The notes below the pieces were generated by a model. It did not search any database. It saw only the letters and a program-made list of their open reading frames with translations, and was not told where the DNA came from. A program made the position numbers and the translations under genes. This document shows, piece by piece, positions 12,647 to 24,225 of a stretch of DNA of 64,000 bases (the stretch's first letter is position 1; the number at the start of each line of letters is the position of its first letter). This stretch comes from Botryllus schlosseri (lineage: Eukaryota), in assembly GCA_051294905.1 (NCBI GenBank), contig CM119371.1:4900001-4964000 (forward strand), in the 5' to 3' direction.

Positions 12647-15527
12647 GAATAAATATTTTACTACAATGGATGTTGTATTGAAAACTTGTCATATTATAAT
12701 TAGATTTCAGGCATTCGCTCTAATTAGTTTTATTAGATAACTCCGCTATGATTATTTAGTGGCCCAAGTCTGACCATGACAATGCAAAAGTACTTCGTTA
12801 CTGATCACCTCTGACCTAGTACAATGCAAGCAATATTACCATGATATCTCTGTGACTGACCTTTCAGTGATGAAGATAAACGGCTCCAAGCACAATCTGC
12901 TGCATGAAAGAACGAGTCTCTGGTTCTGTGATGATCTTTTATAAAGTTCCATCAGCGACTGGCAATCTAAATTAAAGGATTGACAGGATGAAAATAACAA
13001 TACCATTTGCTGCAACATCTAAATCAGTGGTTCCAACCTTTTTGAGCTAGCGGGCCAGTAAAATCTGACAGCAATTTTTTGGAACAGATGAACCTTCCAA
13101 ATTAAAAACTTCATTTCATGCTGCCCTTTTTGATATTTGACTACCTGACTGATTTGAAATTGAATCGAGTAGAATGCTTCGAGTCGAGTATTCGAGTATC
13201 ATTTCTTATAGTTCCATACCAGAATGGTTGAGAAAATTCAAATATGTGGTCTGCCGTTTATGCTGCTACAAACAATATACTGCCATTCCTACATCTTATT
13301 AAAGACAATTTGTCTATTTTCGACCACGCCTATTTCATTACACTATGTTGTCAATGCTGTGATTGATCACGACGTCACAGATATATCATTTCTAATAACG
13401 TGCATAACTTTGTATTACCATACCTCATATGCCGTGATACTGCAAATTGAGGTTTACATCTTTCAACAGTGTGGCAAGGAGCGTATCATATCAGCACTAT
13501 AAAAAATCGTTTTCACTACCAGACTCTGATTATTATGATTTACTCAATTCAGATTCTAATACTCCATTCATTGTGGCAAGCCCCTAGTTGTCGAAATTGT
13601 GCAATTAGAGAATTTTCAGATGTTCAAAACAAGATTAAAATTACAATATTAGCAAAACTCGTTTTTTTCAAATTTGATTAGAATTACAGTGATAGCTAGT
13701 TAGCTACACCCTACACAAGTCTTTCCACTTTAAAGTATAATCATACTTACTCATTTCCTCAAAGAAATTGTACAGAAATACGGTGTCAGTTCATATCACA
13801 TCTGGGTTTATTCTCATGCGCGCGACGATAGCGAATATCTGTACATGAAGCTTGGCTTGTTTCGTACGATACAGTTCTCGTGCAGCATTTTAGGAGCACC
13901 AGACATTACACTGAAATTAAACTGTGGACGTACCGTAAACGCATTGACAAATCAGACTCTCACAGGATTACCAATATTTGGCTCCATTTAGGTTGATTAG
14001 ACAAAAAGTATCTAGTTGTCCTATGTCTGCTAGTAATGAACATTATAGAGCTGATGCAATTGTGCAGCACTTTGAGAGACATTACATTTGTAACGAGGAA
14101 ATGTTCTTACCCTTGTTTTGCACAACTCCACAACTCGAGAACGATGTCGACAAAATCCTTGTCTTGAAAAAATCCGTGAAATCAAACGACATGCTCGTGA
14201 TTGGAACTGCGATGGAGATGATCTCATGACACATTTTGTCTTTCTGATGATCATTTCCTGAAATTGAGACTCGTACAAATCACCTATCTCGTTCGGTGGC
14301 AAGCAACTAACTACGTCTTACTCTGACTAATTCTATTTCTAATTGTGGACTTAGAAAAGTAAGTAGCTCTAGTTGCAGTTGTCCATTTTGTAAATTGAGT
14401 AGTTCTATGGTTGCTCAGTTTGAAAATCCAGTATAGTACCTAACCCACAAACAGTGTATACCTAGGGTTAAGAACAAAATTCATCGAGATAAACTGGTAA
14501 AAGCGAGGAAAACTAATGAATTAGGAATGCGAGCCATTCTATATCACTCGAGCAGAGTTGAAAAAAGTATGTTGAACAGGGATTGAACTGAAAACCCTAC
14601 AGTGAACTCGAGTCAAAACACGAGGGAAAAGATATCGGCAATATTTATGATGTCACGGCATGGTAGTAAGGAGTCAGTGAACTATCATATGCGACTGCTA
14701 CATTGGGAATATTAATATATTTTTATATTTTGTAAGTGTCCGGATGCATCATTTCTAGATTATTTCATGTCCTAGCATAGAAATGACTGTGAAGCCGTTC
14801 TATTTTTTGAAATGTGCCCAAGCTAGAAGAATATCGAAGTTATTGGTGACGGTGCTATGGATAACGGTTTTATCAGTATTGGTTCAATATCCGATACTGT
14901 ACTAAGCATGTAAGAATGGCGATTTGCAAGTTCTTGAGCTTATTTGTTGAATATTCACAAAAATGGAATTAATGCAAGCGACAAATATAATCAGTCACAT
15001 GGATTCGAATCTGTCAATAGATTTGGCGTACCATTGCTATAATTTTATAAGCAAAAGCTTTTTTTTTCGAAGCATTTTGCGAATGCTCCTTTACCAAGAA
15101 ATCGACCTCCCGTGTATCGTTTCACAGCAGAGTCACTCCTCATACACGACTTCATGGATCTCTTTAGTAGCGATATCTACTTTTTCAGGCATTACCTTGA
15201 CATCAAATTCAAATCAATCTGCAAAATCAAATATCGCAAATTACCTAGCACACTGGCATCAGACATATACAAACTACTGGAGTTGCAAAATGAACAATTA
15301 ACTTAAAAATCTACAATCAACTTGAACACAACTGAATAAATACAATTCCGAGGCATCTGATTCATTCATTTTATCGGAATCAGATTTACTTTCCACACAA
15401 ACAACAAAATTACTGAAGAATAAGACCAACAAACCTACCAGACTACAGGATAAACTAGGCAATTACTAGCTAGAAATAAAAATTTCCCATGAACAAAGTC
15501 GAAATTATCCAAGTATGTATTCGTTTC

Positions 15528-18332
15528 CTTGATATCTCTGTGAATTGTCTTACAGTCGTGACGATAAATGACATCCAGCACAATCTGTTGCGTGTCATAA
15601 CGAGTCTCAGGTTCCATGATGACACGCCTTCTTTTGTAAAATTCCATCGGCGACTAAAAACAAATATTAAAGATTATTGGATTTCTAGAATGAGAACAAC
15701 AATATTATTTGTTCGACAATTCTAAATCGGTCAAGCTGTATTGACAACAAATGTTGCAGAGTTGTGAATCTTTCAAATCAGTAAGTTCATTTAATACTGG
15801 CTTTTTGATATTAGACGTGTAGTAGACCTAAGTAAGGCTGGGCGCGGTTCTCAATCGAATATTACTCTTTTTCCCGTCATGCCAGTATGATCATGTGGAA
15901 AGTTCGAACATATGTCTTTGATGCAACCACAAATAATATAAGGCCATTGCACTTGGTGACCATGCTGTGGGTTGATCACTACACAGAAAAGTCATTTCCA
16001 ATAACGCGTGTAGCTGAGTATGACATGTTTCGGATGCCGTGATACAGCCAATCGAGGTTTACAGATATCTGCATTAAGAAATAATATTGAAACTATAATT
16101 CTCATCTAGTTAATCAACTCCGTTCAGTACGGTTCAGTTTATTGTTAATCCTTTATACTCTTGTAGCAAGGATCGTATCGTTTCAGCACTAAAAAAAATC
16201 ATGTCTCGCTACTTGACTCGAATCATTGTGCCCAGTCCTAGTGATCAAAGCTGTTTAATTAGAAAATTTTCATTTTTTCCAAACTAGATTGGAATTAAAA
16301 CGATATGGTTTCTTTCGTAACTAAATTGAAATGATAGTTTTTCCAAATTAGTTAAGAATTAGAATTACTTGATTCACTAAGAAGATGCAGCAAAATCTAG
16401 TACAGTGCATATCATATCTGAGTTTATTCTTATAAGCACGAGAATAGCAGATGTCTGTACGGTGTACATACACCAAGTTTTGCTCGTTTTACCTGGTACA
16501 ATTCCCCTGTATCATTTTCACAGACAGCAGATTAGAATTAAATTGAGGGCAAAAAAACATTTCACAAATTGGGTGGAATTTAAGTATCATCGTCTATAAT
16601 TAGTCTAATAAGACCTCAAGAATTATCTAGTTGGCAAAGTCTGTTAGTAATGAGCATGAGAGAGCTGATGCAATTGCCAAGGTATCACAGTTGTATCAAA
16701 TAAATACTTTTACCCTTCTTTTGCACAACTCCAGAACGATATAGAAAAAATTCCTGTCTTTGAACTATCCATAAAATCGAACGACTTGTTTGTGACTCAA
16801 ACCGTGATGGAGACTGGTCTCTTGACACAATTTGTCTTTCTGATGCTTATTCACAAGAAGTGCCTCATGACACGCCAAATTATTGCTCAATACGTTTGCC
16901 AATAGCATTGTATCGATATCACACTTTGAAAGACATACCGGTATCGGCCATGAGAGGCAAAAAATATTGACAAATATTGCACGGCCACAATTTCTGCAGC
17001 CTTTCTAGTTTATTTCATGTTCAGGCATAACAATGACTGTGAAGCTGTTGTATTTTTGAAAATGTGGCCTAATCTAGAAGAATACTGAGGTTATCGGTGA
17101 AGGTGCTTACCGCTTAGTATCAGTTTCATCGGTATTGGCTTAAAACCCGAGATCGGGCTAGCTCTAGTTATAAAAACCATTCAGACATGGCAACTTGCAA
17201 GTTCTTTACCCTATTTGTTAACACAAGAGTCTTTACAAAATGGTATCAGTGCATGTGATAAATATAATCATTCACACAGATTTAAAAGTGTCGATAAAGA
17301 CGACTCACCTTTGGCACATTTTAACAAGCGAAAGCTGTGTTGTCCTGACTCCAGTGAGTTCAAAGCATTTGGCAAATCCGCCTCTACCAAGAAACGGACC
17401 TCTCATGTATGGTTCCCAGTAGAGTCATCACTAGGGCGGTTTTTTTTCTGACCTAAAAAAAAGAAAAATTTGACGTAAAAAATCCAAATTTTAACTTTCT
17501 TTGACCTAACCAAACTGAATTTTGACCTAATGTATGCAAATTAGGTGTTTTCCCCACATGATGTTAAAATTGTACCACTTATCTTCATTTCTGGTTGGAA
17601 CTGGCTGTCCTAACGAAGTAGTTTGGCCTGGAAAAGCGTTTCTGGCTTAGAAACAGGGAACTTTTTAAATGATAAAACCAATATTTTAATGAAATCTAGC
17701 CCTATGAAGAATTCCAGTGGTTACAACTTACAAGACGTATTATGGTAGAAATAATTTGAAAAAATTGTAGTACCACGAGAGATACTTTCCTACATCTTGG
17801 GTCGAAAGTGCATGTTCTTATTAAGAAACTTGCCAGGGACGTTCAACAGCAGCAGTTGCCGGCTGACAACACTCAAGTTGTGCGTACGCTGCTGGTGACA
17901 CACCATGTTGCTTCATTCTGACAATGTTGTCTACATCACAGTTTTTCATCATGTGCTTCTTGATATAAGAATGATGCAATGCCCAATAAATCTTTCTTCA
18001 GCAAGGATATTCCGGTACGTTGACCATAACACCATGTCCACATAGTGTTTTTTTACCGTTCACAATGAGCAGACAATTAGCCATTTACAACAGTAGGCCT
18101 ATAAAGTAGGCTAAAAGTTGTGAATCATCAAATGATATGTTCACCGACAGTGCAAAATGTACGATACAAACGAAATGCAGATGTCGAAAAAATTTTGACT
18201 CAATGAACAATTTTGACAAATTTCGACACGTCAAAAAAACACCGACCTAGTCATCACACATGCATTCAACGATCTCATTCGTCGCAAATTATACTTGTTC
18301 AGACATAATCGTGAAATCAAATCCAAATCAAT
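15528..18332 (-). pseudogene. PLK1-like partial copy L1 (exons 1,2,3); exon 1 split by a hAT insertion
   Basis: Exon 1 at 18332-17309 after removing insertion 17432-18249 ([41 protein letters not shown]...|gtgagt); exon 2 at 16863-16714; exon 3 at 15653-15528 (MEFYKRRRVIMEPETRYDTQQIVLDVIYRHDCKTIHRDIK). Confidence 0.88.
17432..18249. mobile_element. Non-autonomous hAT element inserted in PLK exon 1
   Basis: 8-bp TSD GTCATCAC at 17424-17431 and 18250-18257. Imperfect TIR TAGG(G/T)CGGT(T/G)TTTTT...TGAC. Removing it restores the exon-1 reading. Confidence 0.88.
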
Positions 18333-19141
18333 CTGCAAAATGAAATATCGTACATTACCGTGCTGGCATCAGACTTATACAAACGACTGGATGTTTAAAC
18401 TGCACAACTAAATCAAAACGAATGACATTTGAAAATCAGTGACTAACGAAAACACGACGCAATGAATTTGATTCCGAAGCAACTCATTCATTATATTTTT
18501 CGGAATCAGATTAGCTTTCCACATTTACATTTGTAAAAATTACTGAAGAATCAGACAGACAGAACTACCACTATACAGGCTAAACTAAGCACTTACTAGC
18601 TATAGCAATAGCTGTGAGATCTTCACACAGACGAAAACGGACCACAACGATATTCGAGAAATGTAGAAAGCTTGTCAAGAAAACATATGTACATCAATAC
18701 TCAAAAAATGTAGAACAATAGTTATCTCTTTCATATTGGCTAGTGTCAATGCAATAGGTTGCATGAGTATCATAAAATGTACGTGAAACATATGTGGGCT
18801 CATTCAGTAGGCCAATGATAGAGATGTAGTAATACGTTCACTCTTCAAGGCAATCACTTGGCACTGCTAGCAGCGAAACAATGTTGAGGCAGCTGCACCA
18901 TGCACGATTCGAATCACTCAGGTACTCGATCATGTCCAGCTGCAGTTGTCGAGTTGAAATATACATAATTCGGCAACTCTATAAATTTGCAAGTCATTCA
19001 GATTCCATCAGTCACCAAGTATGCCTTCCTACATTAGCACATTGGTGATTGATCGGGTTCTGGGCAAAAATAAGGACGTCATTTCGAATTCTTTCTACCT
19101 GAGCTTGCAGTTAGTCTTCTTAGTAAATGCTTTTCCACACA

Positions 19142-19566
19142 CCGTAATTTTTCATGTTTAATGCGCAAAATTTTACCGATTTCATGTCCCAAAAACGAGG
19201 GATGCACATTACGCATCGGTAGAAGTCTTGAAAAAATCTCTCGAAATAAAACTTGAAATCACACCTTTCCACATGTTTGTTGTCAATCCCGCATCACATT
19301 CAGGTACCGTGCCCAGTAATTCGTATTATAAGTGTTGCGTGACGCTAAATAGTGAGAATGACGGTGCTGCACGCGCTAGCAATTTTCGCTAATTTATAGC
19401 GTCAACGCCAGGTCTGAACAATGGCATCTTAAACAGGACATATATGCCTAATCCTTGACCAGAGCAATTGCATTTGTGATAGGGATTGCGCACACGATAT
19501 CGTCGCTGGTCTGAACTATCGAGTCGCAAGCCTCGCAAGGACGTTATTATACATGGGAAATTACGG
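19142..19566. mobile_element. Tc1/mariner-type (CCGTA-terminal) MITE inserted in a degenerate terminal zinc finger
   Basis: TIR CCGTAATTT..CATGT.TAAT at both ends; flanks TA (19567-8) and CA (19140-1, mutated TA). Removing it gives minus-strand FDICGKAFTKKTNCKLR*. Confidence 0.78.
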
Positions 19567-19611
19567 TATATCAAAATAATGAATTTTAGTGCCAGAATGC
19601 ATATCCATATG

Positions 19612-21657
19612 TTACTTGAGGTGGCCCTTCATAGTAAAAGCTTTCCCACATATATCAGAAACATGATTTCGGATGCCAGCATGCATTTCCATATGACGCT
19701 TGAGGTTACCCTTCTGAGTGAAGGCTTTGCCACATATAGCACATGTATGATTTTTGATTCCAGCATGCTTATCCATATGCAACTTGAGGGTACCCTTCTG
19801 AGTGAATGCTTTACGACATATAGCACATGTATGATTTTTGATTCCAGCATGCTTATCCATATGACGCTTGAGATAATCCTTAATAGTGAATGCTTTACCA
19901 CATATAGCACATGTATGATTTTTTATTCCAACATGCTTATCCATATGACTCTTGAGGTTACCCTTCTCAGTGAATGCTTTACCACATATAGCACATGTAT
20001 GATTTTTGATTCCAGCATGCTTATCCTTATGCAACTTGAGGGTACACTTCTGAGTGAATGCTTTACCACATATAGCACATGTATGATTTTTGATTCCAGC
20101 ATGCTTATCCATATGACGCTTGAGATAATCCTCAATAGTGAATGCTTTCCCACATATATCACAAACATGATTTCGGATGCCAGCATGCATTTCCATATGA
20201 CGCTTGAGATAATCCTCAATAGTGAATGCTTTCCCACATATATCACAAACATGATTTCGGATGCCAGCATGTATTTCCATATGACACTTGAGGTTCCCCT
20301 TCTGAGTGAAGGCTTTGCCACATATAGCACATGTATGATTTTTGATTCCAGCATGCTTATCCATATGCAACTTGAGGGTACCCTTCTGAGTGAACACTTT
20401 ACCACATATAGCACATACATGATTTTTGCCTCCAGCATGCTTATCCATATGCAACTTGAGGGTACCCTTCCAAGTGAATGCTTTACCACATATATCACAA
20501 ACATGATTTCGGATGCCAGCATGCATATCCATATGACGCTTGAGGGTACCCTTCTCAGTGAATGCTTTACCACATATAGCACATGTTTGATTTTTGAATC
20601 CAGCATGCTTATGCATATGCAACTTGAGGGTACCCTTCCAAGTGAATGCTTCACCACATATAGCACATGCATGATTTTTGCTTCCAGCATGCTTATCCAT
20701 ATGCAACTTGAGGGTACCCTTTCGAGTGAATGCTTTACCACATATAGCACATGTATGATTTTTGATTCCAACATGCTTATCCATATGACGCTTGAGGTTA
20801 CCCTCCTCAGTGAATGCTTTACCACATATAGCACATGCATGATTTTTGATTCCAGCATGCTTATCCATATGCAACTTGAGGGTACCCTTCCAAGTGAATG
20901 CTTTACCACATATACCACATGCATGATTTTTGCCTCCAGCATGCTTATCCATATGCAACTTGAGGGTACCCTTCCGAGTGAATGCTTTACCACATATAGC
21001 ACATGTATGATTTTTGATTCCAACATGCTTATCCATATGACGCTTGAGATGATCCTTCATAGTGAATGCTTTCCCACATATATCACAAACATGATTTCGG
21101 ATGCCAGCATGCATTTCCATATGACGCTTGAGGGTACCCTTCTGAGTGAAGGCTTTGCCACATATAGCACATGTAGGATTTTTGATTCCAGCATGCTTAT
21201 CCATATGCAACTTGAGGGTACCCTTCTGAGTGAACACTTCACCACATATAGCACATGCATGATTTTTGCCTCCAGCATGCTTATCCATATGCAACTTGAG
21301 GGTACTCTTCCGAGTGAATGCTTTACCACATATAGCACATGTATGATTTTTGATTCCAGCATGCTTATCCATATGCATCTTGTGGTGACTCTTCTTAGTG
21401 AATGATTTACCACATACATCACATTCATGATTTCTGATTCCAGCATGCACATCCATATGACGCTTGAGGGCACCCTGCTGTGAGAATGCTTCCCCACATA
21501 CATCACATTCAATATTTTTGATGCCAGCATGCATATTCATTTGATGCTTGAGGTTACTATTCCCTGTAAATGCTTTCCAATATATATCGAATCGTAGTTC
21601 TTTCAGGCCGTGGTCAATAGTTGATACTGGACTCACAGCAGGCTTTTCTTCATGACA
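19612..21657 (-). CDS. C2H2 zinc-finger array exon (22 intact tandem fingers, 84-bp repeat, HAGIKNH-type linker)
   Basis: 674-aa open frame of CxxCGKAFTxKxxLKxHMDKH units. In-frame splice acceptor cttttctctag| at 21659-21658, so the GTG start in the ORF track is probably not real. The stop falls inside finger 23 and degenerate repeats continue beyond it. Confidence 0.9.
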   Translation of the reverse strand, partial: CHEEKPAVSPVSTIDHGLKELRFDIYWKAFTGNSNLKHQMNMHAGIKNIECDVCGEAFSQQGALKRHMDVHAGIRNHECDVCGKSFTKKSHHKMHMDKHAGIKNHTCAICGKAFTRKSTLKLHMDKHAGGKNHACAICGEVFTQKGTLKLHMDKHAGIKNPTCAICGKAFTQKGTLKRHMEMHAGIRNHVCDICGKAFTMKDHLKRHMDKHVGIKNHTCAICGKAFTRKGTLKLHMDKHAGGKNHACGICGKAFTWKGTLKLHMDKHAGIKNHACAICGKAFTEEGNLKRHMDKHVGIKNHTCAICGKAFTRKGTLKLHMDKHAGSKNHACAICGEAFTWKGTLKLHMHKHAGFKNQTCAICGKAFTEKGTLKRHMDMHAGIRNHVCDICGKAFTWKGTLKLHMDKHAGGKNHVCAICGKVFTQKGTLKLHMDKHAGIKNHTCAICGKAFTQKGNLKCHMEIHAGIRNHVCDICGKAFTIEDYLKRHMEMHAGIRNHVCDICGKAFTIEDYLKRHMDKHAGIKNHTCAICGKAFTQKCTLKLHKDKHAGIKNHTCAICGKAFTEKGNLKSHMDKHVGIKNHTCAICGKAFTIKDYLKRHMDKHAGIKNHTCAICRKAFTQKGTLKLHMDKHAGIKNHTCAICGKAFTQKGNLKRHMEMHAGIRNHVSDICGKAFTMKGHLK

Positions 21658-22295
21658 CTAGAGAAAAGACCCACAGATTTTCAGCATTTCAGCATATAGA
21701 CTTAGTTCAATTATAGTACGGCCACATCTGCAATGCATAAAAGTGTGGAGCTACTTTAAACCAAGAGCATTATAAGATTGTAGCCATAAAAGTAGTAGTA
21801 CATAATACAAAACTATTAATAGCATGGAATGACTTCATCAATGAGAGTGTAAAAAATCATTATATTACATTTTAATGTAGTCTTAATGTTTAATGTAGTC
21901 GGATATCTTCATGAGAACTATTGTTATATCGAAAGTTTCGATCATTTCAGTAACAAACCATTCATAACACGAGAAAAAACACAACGCTGAGTGACAATGG
22001 CGCATATTTACAAATGAATTACGGAATTTCTCCAAGAACCATCAAAAGATGTAACTGTGACCATGAGCATTGAGCGGCTTCAATGAATATAAGTTTCACA
22101 TTAACAGTACTATTTTTACTTATATATAGGTTGAAAAGAAAAAATTTCCTGCTAGTTTGTAGCTTGTCGTTCCTGTCAGAAGCACAGCGTCACCACAACA
22201 CCTATGGTACGTTATAAGCAAGGGGCGGGCAACTTCTCTAGTCGGCGGAACGGATATAGGAAAATAAAGTACTTGGCGGGCCGGATTGCTGTAAC

Positions 22296-24068
22296 CAGTG
22301 CTTTTCAACCTTTTTGAGCTCCATTCACACTTTTTTTTGTAAAATAAATTTAATTCGCACAAATTATCGGGTGTTGTTATACAAAAAGAAGATGAAGATA
22401 CCTAACAACATTTTGTTGAGATGTGCAACAAATTGGCTACTGTATCTTAAGCTATCAATTGTCTCATTAAAAAGGCAACTTTTTCGCTCGTTTTGATTTT
22501 AACTATTTCACTAAAATCCTCCTCGACCAAACAAGTTGTTGGGTTTTGTACATGAACTAGTCTACTAGTGCTTGGATGGCCAGGTCCTAAAATATGTTCT
22601 GCACTCCTATCAAAAATGCAGCGTATCTTTGGCGAGTGAAAAGTGGTTGCTGGCAGAAATCGCTTTTGAGAGCTGACACAAAGGTCCCGGAGGCTCCAGG
22701 CTGTCGAAAGGGCGAAAAATCCACGTTTGTGTTGGGGCTTTTGCCTCATGTCTTGGAACATTAGGTGCAAAACGATCAAGGAGAGTATAGGCAAATTGAT
22801 TAGAGCTCGCTACCTTCTGATACGTCGCTCCAACTTCTGTATCGCGAGTATATGCAAAGAGCAAATGAACTCACGATACTGTGTGTTCTGCTTTTTAGAT
22901 CAATCCAACTTAAGAATTCATCATAGTTTAATTACGGTAAAGCAGCTTTTAGAGTATCACCAAAATCCTAATTTTTGTGACATCTTGCGAACCGAGCATC
23001 ACCCATGAAAAGGAATTCATTACAGTTGTATGCTACGATTTTACGGGCATGTATGGCATACAGAACGCGCGCAACACAATTCTGCCGAACACACCTCTAC
23101 AAAACATGTCTGACGCACGCGATTTTAAATTGGGGCGAATGAAATTCATCTAATTGTCGCAGTTGTACTAATTGCTACGGATCATACACATATCCAAAGG
23201 TTTGGCCATCCAGCGTCGGTCGTTTTTGGACCAAGGTTTTGTCGCCGCTTATGTTTCTGGCCCCGCATCTTATCAGCGGTTTGTTGGTTAAAGCGTTACG
23301 TCTTCACGTGCCCCGACGCAAAAAGGGTTGGCTTCGAAATGAATGAGTCTCATAGGCCTGAACTCGCTCGTTTCACACCCCTACACTAGTTCTTCCCAAC
23401 GGTCTTCCTCCATGTTTTCAGGAAAAAACAGTCTGACAAATCTTATCATGAATTATCATGATGAAGCCATATTTTCTGCGTGTCTCGCTCATTGGCTGTA
23501 GTAGCCTACCCAACACAGTGATCTTGGACATGTAAAAAACTATTGCAAGATTTTTTGCAATAAATTCAACAAATATTACATGCATATTAGCAGATAGCTC
23601 TGGCACTGTGTCGACCAAAAATTACACCCTTTGCTGTCCATAATTAACCCTTGAAGGGGATAAAATTTACGTTACACTAACTCTCAAATGTGAGTTTGTA
23701 ATGATAGTCCTTTTTAGCCTGTCGCAAGCTCAGACGGGTTGATATACTGCTTGTCTCCCACTACACCAGCTTCCAAACCAGGCTTTTGGTTACATGATAA
23801 TTATAGCGTGAAAATATTAATTCACCACGGCTTGGTGGTGCGTCGCAAGTGAAACAAGTTTACAATTGCGTCGCCACTACAAAAGCTACACTCCCCTTGA
23901 ATTTCCTATTAGGCTTATTCTACGTTACAAAAATTAGGAATTATTCACGATTTTCATTCGCACATTATACGGATTTTCATTTGCACTATTCGCACCACCT
24001 TCGTCATTCGCACTGCAATTTTTTTCATTCGCACTAGTGCGAACCGTCTCACAGGTTGAAAAGCACTG
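22296..24068. mobile_element. hAT element nested in 22220-26031
   Basis: Perfect 16-bp TIR CAGTGCTTTTCAACCT; perfect 8-bp TSD GCTGTAAC at 22288-22295 and 24069-24076. Confidence 0.92.
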
Positions 24069-24225
24069 GCTGTAACGATACATTACTCGCCCATTTATCC
24101 ACATATAAAAGGAATAAATCGTATTTATCGAATGTATTGTAACGACAGCAATGTCACTTCAAAGCTATTTCTCTCTGATAATGAGCAAGACAATTTGGAT
24201 TTGAGAATATATCATTGCCACACAG

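Larger units (their letters stand above)
11010..12683 (-). mobile_element. 5'-truncated Penelope-like retroelement with inverted pseudo-LTR
   Basis: 12-bp TSD ACTTGTCATATT at 10998-11009 and 12684-12695. 593-bp inverted arms at 11046-11638 and 12091-12683 (no mismatch noticed). 36-bp tail at 11010-11045 present only on the 3' copy. Encodes RT thumb plus GIY-YIG endonuclease. Confidence 0.93.
6068..13020. repeat. Inverted segmental duplication A, left arm (pairs with 43160-48456)
   Basis: Colinear reverse-complement anchors: 6300/48240, 7430/47125, 8410/46115, 9600/44940, 10400/44150, 12840/43359. Confidence 0.9.
10307..15217 (-). pseudogene. PLK1-like partial copy L2 (exons 1,2,3,6), interrupted by a Penelope-like insertion
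   Basis: Exon 1 at 15217-15032 (MPEKVDIATKEIHEVV.../DSAVKRYTGGRFLGKGAFAKCFE, cf. PLK1 [32 protein letters not shown]); exon 2 at 14257-14111; exon 3 at 12958-12840; exon 6 at about 10458-10307. Confidence 0.88.

Noticed and set aside
19486..21405. 639-aa plus-strand ORF and the other long off-frame ORFs over both ZF arrays
   Set aside because: Antisense or alternate-frame shadows of an 84-bp repeat that lacks stops in those frames; no independent protein signal.
19612..21636. Calling the ZF gene PRDM9
   Set aside because: No PR/SET, KRAB or SSXRD sequence recognised in the window; only the array's mode of evolution is similar.
22447..22930. hAT transposase C-terminal fragment inside 22296-24068
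   Set aside because: Only a vague resemblance across several frameshifts; not supportable without a profile search.
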